From Lama guanicoe (taxonomy: Eukaryota), in assembly GCA_013239625.1 (NCBI GenBank), contig MU053881.1, forward strand, positions 2,852,001-2,916,000: a stretch of DNA of 64,000 nucleotides, read 5' to 3'. Of the stretch, positions 56,213 to 64,000 are shown one piece after another; position 1 is the first letter of the stretch, and each line of letters begins with the position of its first letter. The position numbers were made by a program, and so were the translations under genes. The notes beneath the pieces were generated by a model. That model saw only the letters and a program-made list of their open reading frames with translations, was not told where the DNA came from and ran no database searches.

Positions 56213-56318
56213 CTTTTTTGGGGGGAGGTAATTAAGTGTATTTATTTGTTACTATTTATTTATTTAGCAGCAGTGCTGGGGATTGAACCCAGGAGCACTG
56301 AGCTGTCCCCTCCCCTCC
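56213..56318 (-). mobile_element. Internally deleted Vic-1-type SINE
   Basis: Same tail and B-box (CTGGGGATTGAACCCAGGA) but lacks the anticodon arm; flanked by a direct repeat AAGTCACCTGTT. Confidence 0.75.
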
Positions 56319-56706
56319 CAAGTCACCTGTTTCTTTATGAAATGAGGTTTAAAATCGTTACTTGCTTGCTGGATTGTTATACTTTATTATTATACTTTAT
56401 TACAATAAAGTTAATCGTCTGATTCATAAGGGTGCTCAGCAAACAGCTGCCGTTCTGTTTTTCCGGGGAGGGTAGAGTAAGGTTCAGAGCTAAGCTGTTA
56501 ACTGGCCTGCATCCTGGTCCTGCTCTGCCACCTGCTGGCCTGTGGCGTCTCTGCACCCGCGTGTTCTCTGAGGTGGGGCCGTGATTGCACTTCTGTCCTA
56601 AGGGGTAGCTCAGCCCATTAAATGCGCTAATGGAGGTAAGTGCGTAGTGAGTCTGGTCTCTCGTTGTTAACATATTGATTGGTCCCTCTACATTGATTTT
56701 TTATAG

Positions 56707-56870
56707 GAGACAAGCTATGGGAGGTGCAGTGCGAGTCCCCAACCTTCACCGTGGCTTGGCACCCCAAAAGGCCTCTGCTGGCGTTTGCCTGTGATGACAA
56801 AGATGGGAAATACGACAGCAGTCGGGAAGCTGGAACTGTGAAGCTGTTTGGGCTCCCTAACGACTCCTGA
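56707..56870 (+). CDS. THOC3: THOC3 coding exon 6 (terminal, TGA at 56868-56870)
   Basis: TTATAG acceptor; encodes (G)DKLWEVQCESPTFTVAWHPKRPLLAFACDDKDGKYDSSREAGTVKLFGLPNDS*. The six exons total 1056 nt = 351 aa + stop with no frameshift. Confidence 0.96.
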
Positions 56871-57216
56871 TAGGAGGGCCTGACGCACGAAGGAGGCCCT
56901 GGTGCGCTTCCGCTGTGGAGTCCGCTCGGTCTGTTCTCTTGGAGCTGGTGGGCACACCACGGATTTATAAACTGGTGTAAACCACACAGGTCTTTGTCAG
57001 GCGGCCCGTCCGGGTCCCTGCCTGTTTCCTGTGTTAGCCGTTGTGCTCGCGCCTTGCCCCCTGCCCGAGGGCTCTGCGGTGATGACACTGCACGCCTTGT
57101 CCCCTGGGGGCCCCCTGTCTGGCTGCTTTTGGGCGTAGGGTGGGCTTTGCTGGCCTTGCTTCTGCTTGGACCGCACCTGTGGGGATGGGTGGGGTGGGGA
57201 TGGAGATTTTTTTAAT

Positions 57217-57222
57217 AATAAA
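57217..57222 (+). terminator. THOC3: Probable THOC3 polyadenylation signal AATAAA
   Basis: First AATAAA after the stop codon (~350 nt downstream), followed by U-rich sequence. Confidence 0.6.
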
Positions 57223-57234
57223 AAAAATAGATGT

Positions 57235-60200
57235 AATTTTGAGAACTGAGCATTTCATAAAACTGACTTTAATTCTGGGACTTCTACGACTTTAAAAATT
57301 ACGGTGGTGGTATTATTTTCTTATGTTATTATAGGAAGATGCAGTTCTACCTTTAAAAAAAATTTCAAATAGAATTTAAAGGTTAGGATCCTGTCATTCA
57401 GTGTCCTAACCGAGAACTCGTGTCAGTGGAGCATGAAATGCACGGACAGTGGCACTTGGATGACTTTAAGTCATCAGTTGTTCATGTGTATGTATTCCCG
57501 GCTTCGTTCTGCAAAGGATCTGTAGGCAACAAATTTATAATAAACATTGAGAAAAGTAGTAAAAAAAACAAACAAATGTCAAATCAGGATAAGACATATA
57601 CGTTCAAATAGAAAGTCAAGACTGGAGGAATTAAAATTAGAAATATGCAAGAATAAAGACCTAATTGGATGACTGAACTAAAATTCTGGCTCTGTACTCC
57701 CTGCTGGCAAAGTGAAAAGGGGGTAAGTCAGCTAATTCTTATTCAGATAAGCGCGTGCCAGCTCCTCAGGGAAAGCAAAGCTCTTATTAGCTCTTACCTC
57801 CGAAAGAAGTGGCTCCTGTAGGGGGTAGTTACCTGTGGGCAGTGTGTTGATTTTCATTGTATTTTAATGTATTTAGGCATTAGGGGGGAAAAAAAACCCC
57901 AAACCAAAATACACCTCAGTAAGTGATGTTCGTAGAAAACTTTGGAAAAACCAGGTAAGCAAAAAGAATTTTATTCCTAGCGCCAGGAGATAATCACTAT
58001 TAGCACTTCTGCATGTAACCTTCCAGGAGTTTTCCTGTGCTCATATTTATGTATAAAAACATGTCTATAAAAATGTTGACGGGTAGACAAGTCAGATATG
58101 ACAAGGTGCAGCGTACGAGGTGCCCGGCACTGTGTTGGGCAGTGTAGGAAGCACGCGTCTTCATAGACGTTTTCCGTTACCGGACACCCACTGTGTGTCG
58201 GTACTGTGATGAGCGCATCTTTCAGGTTTCGCAGCAGCCTTCTGAGCTTGGGTACTGACACCACTTTCCTACCACAGGGAGTTCAACTCAGTGTTACTCA
58301 TTTAGTGACGGTGTTCAGATCTAGATTCGCTTAAAGGCCCAGTATGCCTTCTTTTGCAATGGTTATCCGTTTCCACTTTACAGAAGAGTAAACCTTGGCT
58401 CTGAGCGGTCAGCTCGTGGTCCAGGTTAGCGAGTGCTCGATTGCGCCCCCTCTTCAAGGCTCAGGAGTGTTTCTTCCAGCCCAGGAGAGCCTCTGCCTTC
58501 ACCTTCCCTGAAGAATGGTCTTTTTAGTTACAAATCCACTTGTCACTGCATGTGAGAAACCCCGTGTGGTGCGTGTCACTGGGAATAAACGTGGGTGCAC
58601 TGTTTCTTCTTTTTGCAATTGTCTGTCATGCCTGTTTCTCTGTCTACCCCACCCCCCTCAGCACTGGAGCCAGATGCTATGGGTTTGGTCTAGATCCTTG
58701 ACACTTGATTGGTTTTCTCCTCTTCCATTCATGTGGATTTTTCCCTCTGGGTTTGTGTAGAGTCACAATCTGCTCAACGTATCACTTCAACAAGAAGAGA
58801 TTTGTTGCTTTCAGGTAGTGGGACACTTGAAGCGACAGGAAGATGCATCTCCACAGGGAAAGGGCTCCAGCGTGTGGCGGGCCTCACCCACTGTCAAGGC
58901 CTAGCTGACATCTTCTCTGCCTTGGCCTCAGGGTCGTGGGGGGGCTCAGAAGTCTGGTCCCTCCTGGAGAAATGACGTAACTGTCCCGGGCCTGGGATCC
59001 CTGTGGTCTGAGAGAGTTTGCTAGTTCAGAGAAGGGAGGATGTCATGCCGAATCACGTCCGGCCGTTGATTATTCAGTCACTGCCGGCATGTGACACAGT
59101 TACTACTAAAAACTTGAGCAAGTCAGAAGCGAGTGGTGAGGTCAGCTCGGAGCAGGGCTTTGGCCGGCATGTGAAGTCTGGGATTTGCTATGCCAATGGC
59201 CCACTGCTGAGTTGACTCGAATCACCAGTCAGGTTAAGGTCGTGGTATCTCTGTTGCTGAGAACCTGGGTTCTCTGTGGCCTGAGATCCAGGGAAGGATG
59301 AGAGCTACCAAGTGTTAGGCTTGCCTGAGGTGTCTCTGTGCCTTGAGGGTTGTTCCCTCCACCGGGAGAGGCTCTGCAGAGGCGGAGGGCTGTGGCGGGT
59401 GCGGGGAGGGCGGGGTGTGAGCCGGGAGGTTCCTGGAAGCCGGTGTCGGAGGCCAGAGCAGGGAGTCCTGGTGAAGCCAAAAGCAGGCTGTGTTCTCCGT
59501 ATCAGGAGACTGCGGTGGGGAGAACCAGGAGGCAGATCAGGACGAGGCCAATTCTAGGAGAGCCCAGAGCAGCGTGTGTGAGTGTGTGGGTGAGAGAGAT
59601 GGGCTGGTTAGGGTGTGATGTGTGGGTGGGCTCAGCTGAGAATGACCGGGAATGGGGCAGATACACCCATAAGCCCTTTTCAAAGGTGGTAAGGATTTTA
59701 GTTGGCAAGGGGACCGTGCAACGTCTCCCTGGCTGACAAGGGGAGAGCCCACAGGTGGAAAGGAGAGGTAAGCCCTGTCTTTGGAAGGAGGACAGCCTGC
59801 GTGTGGATGTGCGCCGCACACTCGGAAATCCCATATGTGGGTGACATGTCACCCTGTTCCCTCCCTCCGACACTGTGGTGCAGTGGAAATGAGGCGGCCT
59901 CACACTTGAGCAGCAGAAAGGGATATGAACCCCGGCTCCAGCAGGGACTGACCTGAACCCAGGTTCCTCACCCACGAAGTGGAGTGATGGATCCCCTTTT
60001 CCTTGGGGTGTTGGGAGGATTAAACGCGATGAAGAGGGTGTCTGGCACGGCCCTGGGCTCATGGGAGAGGCTTCACATACCCCTTCCCCATGACGGGGAG
60101 CAGCTTCTAAGGAGAACAGGGCCCGCTTGCAGAGACCAGCCCGTCAGCTTTCTGGGCTCTAAATGCCAGAGCTGAGCGAGCCGCGTTCATCACTCCGGAC

Positions 60201-60347
60201 GTGGGCTCGTGTGGGGAGGGGACTCATCCATCACCGCCTGGGCGGGGTGGGAGGTCCGCAGGAGAAACGTTAGATCTGCTCTCCGTTGCAGTCTGTTTGG
60301 GCCCATGAGGGATATGTGTGCCTGTGAACTCCCAAGTCAGGAGTGTG
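57235..60347 (+). repeat. Local segmental duplication, right copy (begins at the THOC3 3' end)
   Basis: Same anchors in the same order and orientation as 36875-40395. ORF-track peptides are also shared (e.g. TAWAGWEVRRRNVRSALRCSLFGPMRDMCACE in both 40211..40441 and 60209..60592). Confidence 0.9.
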
Positions 60348-63300
60348 CGTGCGAACGGGGGAGGGAGAGCAGGAGGAGGGTAAAGCTCCTGCGAGCTGAG
60401 GTTTCGGGGGAGGGACAGGATGGGAAGGAGGGGGACTCAGGGCAGGTCTTGAGTCTTGAGGGTGTGACTATCAGGCAGAGGAGGTGGGAGAAAGGGTGCT
60501 GCAGGTTGGAGCAAAGCGAGGTGGTGGCAGTGTCCTGGGAGGTGGAGAAGATGGTCGGGGGCTGTGAGATGGGGTTGGGGAGAAGAGAGTAGGGGGTGTC
60601 AGGCTCTGGGTGATGTCAGTTTGGACTGGTTGCTGGTGTGGCCTGATGAGTGGGGCAGAGTCTGGCAGACCCGGGCGGGAATCCTCCTTCTACCACCACT
60701 AAGTGGGAGATTTTGGTCAAAATGCTTCCCCTGCATGGTTGCAGTTGGCTGTCTTTGTAATGTCCACAGTGGCAAGGCAACGTGTGAGGGTGAGGCGAAT
60801 TGGCACACGTCAAGTGCCTGGCACGTTGCAGACGTTCAGTTAGTAGCTACTGTTGTTATGTAGGAGGTAACACCACATCTGTGAGCAGTATCAATCCTCT
60901 TACCTGGCAGAGCTTTCCTTGTCTCCTAAGTCACGTTTTGTGCAAAAAAATGGGGGGTGGGGTGGAGTGGGATTTGGAGAAAAGGAATATTTTAACGCAT
61001 TTTGAAATACCCATTTTTGAACTAAGGCCCCCCGTTAACGTTTAGGGACGCGAAACTGGGAAGGATTCAGCCAGCGACTGCAAATTTACGAGTAGTTCAC
61101 GTGTCTGAAATCGTTGCTGATGCGGAACCAGCAAGCTGCTGAACTTCAAGGCATCCAGCACCTTAGCTTTTCACCCCTCAGGAGAAGCAGGCAGAGAGGG
61201 ACAATGTGCTCGTCTGACCGGCAGTGTCATAGCAGAGTCACCGGCTGGAATGCCATCGGACATCACCACGGTCCCCATGGTTTTACCTGGGACAAGTTGC
61301 TAAACTCACCTTGTTTCTTTTCCCTTCTTGGTAAAGTTACCAGAATTACAGGTCAGGTAATGGCACAGATACAGCAAAGAGTCTGTCAACACATCTCAGG
61401 ATGTCCTTGGGGACCAACAGGAGGTCCAGGCTGGGCCCTGGCTGAATTGTACCTGGTCATCAGCTGTACCCAGAGTGAGGAATAAAGATAACTTGGAGAA
61501 AGTTTCCTAAAATGAGATATCACTGTGGAGTTCAAGTTGAAGATGACCAGTCCTGTGATGACATATTGGACATTTACGATGGACTGCATCTCTAAAACGG
61601 CAGTTGAAGTGCTGTGTTCAACCCTTAGAAGAGGGAATTCCCCTTGTTCTCTTTGTAGAGAGGAATCTTTCTTGGGTTGATCAAACATCCGAGCTTCCTC
61701 TGAGCACTGGGTCTTGTACAAGAAGAGAGGGAAAAATCAAATGACTGTATCTTGGACCCATTTTACAGATGAGAACCGAGGCTCAGGGAGGTGAGGTTGC
61801 CCTGGGTCACCTGGTCAGTGCACTAGTTAGAAGTTAATTTTCTTCCACCGTGTTATGCCCCACACGTGGGTCCAAAATCCCAACTGTTTAGGTTCAGCCC
61901 AGTCCAGACGTGTCTTCACAGCCACACAGATGTCAAGGCTTCGGAGACGTCAAAGATTGTCCTCCATAACATTGGGATCTGTCTGGAGCTTTGTGGCAAA
62001 GTTGATGCTGACGGGCAGAAACCAGAGAGGAGAGAATGTGTGGCTTGGTGAAGTGAAAGGAAGTAACACGTGGACGAGAAGATTCATTCACTGAGTCACT
62101 CAGCACCTGCCCTGTGCCAGGCCTAGGCTGGACGCCGAGGGTACAGATGTGGAGATCAGCCAGTCTCTGCCCCAGGAGCCCACAGCCCGGTGTGGAGATG
62201 GTGACAGCCCGGTATGAGTGGTTCATAGAAGAGGAAATCAGATCGTGTCTCTCCCTGGCTGAAAACACTCCTGTGGAACTTCCCAGACCTGATCTTCCTG
62301 TGCTGTGATCTCTAAAGGGTCTTAACTCACCTCTTCTTTAGTGCCGCTCCCCTTTGCCTCATTGCTGGATCTCTTCTTGCTCGCTGTACATTCATTCAGA
62401 GTACTTCTGACCATCAGAAGTTACTCATTTGTTTGCTTGTTTTGTGACCATCTCTCCAGCTAAACTGCCGGTGCCTCTTCTGACAGGTTCGTTGCTTTAT
62501 CCCCAATCTCAAGCACCATGCCTGGTACTGCCAAGCAGGTGCTTAGTAAATATGTATTAAATCAATGAATGGATGGGAAAGTAGTAACAGTTTGGGTCGA
62601 ATGCCAACCAAGATGGGTAATACTTGCTTTGAGGAGGGGGGCTGTCGGGAGAGCGGAGGAGGGAAAGAATGAGGGTGGCAGGGAAATAAGAAAGGTGAAG
62701 CCCTCACTTAACCCTCACGGTGACCCCGACAGGTGGGTGGTATCACCCCCAAGTCATAGTATATGAGACCCCCAAGCGTCACCCCCAGGTGACGGTATAT
62801 GAAACAGTCTTAGAGAGCTTGGTTTCCAGTGACGCGGTTCTCAGGCAGGTGAGCAGGGTCTAAACCTCTGGGTGCGGCTCCAAAACCCCAGTCCTTTCCG
62901 GTAGGTCAGTTTTTCCTGTCCCTTTCTGTACGTTAGAACCACCTATGTTCAGGCCCCAACGTGTCTCTCCCTGGCTGAAGAGGGGGAGAGGGACGCCAAC
63001 CAAACTACCCTGGGGGATTCTAACGTGGAACTCGGTTGAGAACCACTGTCCTAGGCTCGCTGTTTCTCTGCTTGTAGAAAGGCGGTGACGTCACAAATGG
63101 CGCGGGTGTGCCTGGGAGCGTGGAGGGAGAAGACTTCCTGGAGGCGACATTGGAGCTGGTCCTAGAAGGGTGGGGAGGAATCGGCCAGGCAGCCCTTAGA
63201 AGAGGTTGGAGGCAGAGGGGCCAGGTCTGGGCACGGCTTGGAGACTCAGACCATCCTGGCCTGGGGCAGCTGATGGGAGCAATGGTGGCGAGCTGGGGTA

Positions 63301-64000
63301 GGATGGGCTTCGCTTTAAGATCCCTGTATCAGTGGATGTACCCACCCAAGCTTTTGGAATCTTCTGCCTTATCTGTCGTGATCTGACCCGTATCTCCTCT
63401 GGGTGTGGTTACCTGAGGATCCCGGTGGGGCTCTGGCCTCTCCAAGCTCCTGTCACACTGGGATCACAGAAGGAGGTCAGGATGGAGACATGCCCATGAA
63501 GGCTTTTTGGTGGAATCAGCTGGACTTCGGCTTGATGACTCCATTAACTAAAGACCAGAACCTGCGCAGGGAGCCTACGCCCCTTCAGGCATCAGAGCCC
63601 ACAGGCCTGGGGCCCTGGCCCGGAGTCCTAACTGGTTTGGCCCCATGCAGCTTGGAAGTGCCTGGGCTGTGGTGTCAGCTAATCCCAGATGTGGGCTGCG
63701 CGACCTCTTGTCACCTCCCTAAACTTCAGGTACCCATCTGGGCAGCTTGATTTTCCCCCAGGCGAGAGTCCGCTCCATCCCGTGTGCTCAGTACTAGGGC
63801 GGAGCACAAACGCCACACGGAGGGTCCTCCATCAGAGTCAGGCTCTCCTCACGGCCACTTGTGCTTCCCTGGATTTCAGGGCCGTGTGACAGAAGAGGGA
63901 CCGGGGAGGCAGATTGGGTCCAGCTGCGAAGGGGCCCCACCCGGGTGCTAGGGAGCTTGGCCTAAGGCCTTTCAGCAGGTGACAGGCTTTAGACGGTTGA

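Noticed and set aside
62741..62806. Short imperfect direct repeat with a 7-bp hairpin (CGTCACC-CCCA-GGTGACG)
   Set aside because: Too short to distinguish from local slippage within MIR-like sequence.
60350..64000. CPLX2 exons expected by synteny at the right end
   Set aside because: No complexin-like coding sequence is visible in this window.

Overview
Mammalian genomic DNA, not prokaryotic. It is most likely camelid (alpaca/camel lineage), inferred from five Vic-1-type tRNA-Ala-derived SINEs and no recognisable Alu, B1 or Bov-tA. Two divergently oriented genes, each with a CpG-island promoter, are present. The first is the 5' part of SIMC1 on the minus strand (coding exon 1 at 20732-20860, coding exon 2 at 664-2532; the gene continues off the left edge). 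The second is a complete THOC3 on the plus strand (six coding exons from 48240 to 56870, all GT-AG, 1056 nt = 351 aa + stop). Most of the rest is LINE-1, L2, MaLR/ERVL LTR, MER DNA transposon, SINE and microsatellite sequence. Points worth a second look: (1) a ~3-3.5 kb direct duplication bracketing THOC3 (~36.9-40.4 kb vs ~57.2-60.3 kb) that begins at the THOC3 3' end and contains a much younger-looking ~740 bp tract; (2) an in-frame 21-bp (heptad) coding minisatellite in SIMC1 exon 2; (3) a near-perfect 399-bp tandem duplication inside a young L1 nested in an old L1; (4) a strong-Kozak out-of-frame upstream AUG overlapping the SIMC1 start. I found no evidence for a novel multi-gene system, CRISPR array or functional RNA gene. 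Repeat boundaries and family names are by eye and approximate.
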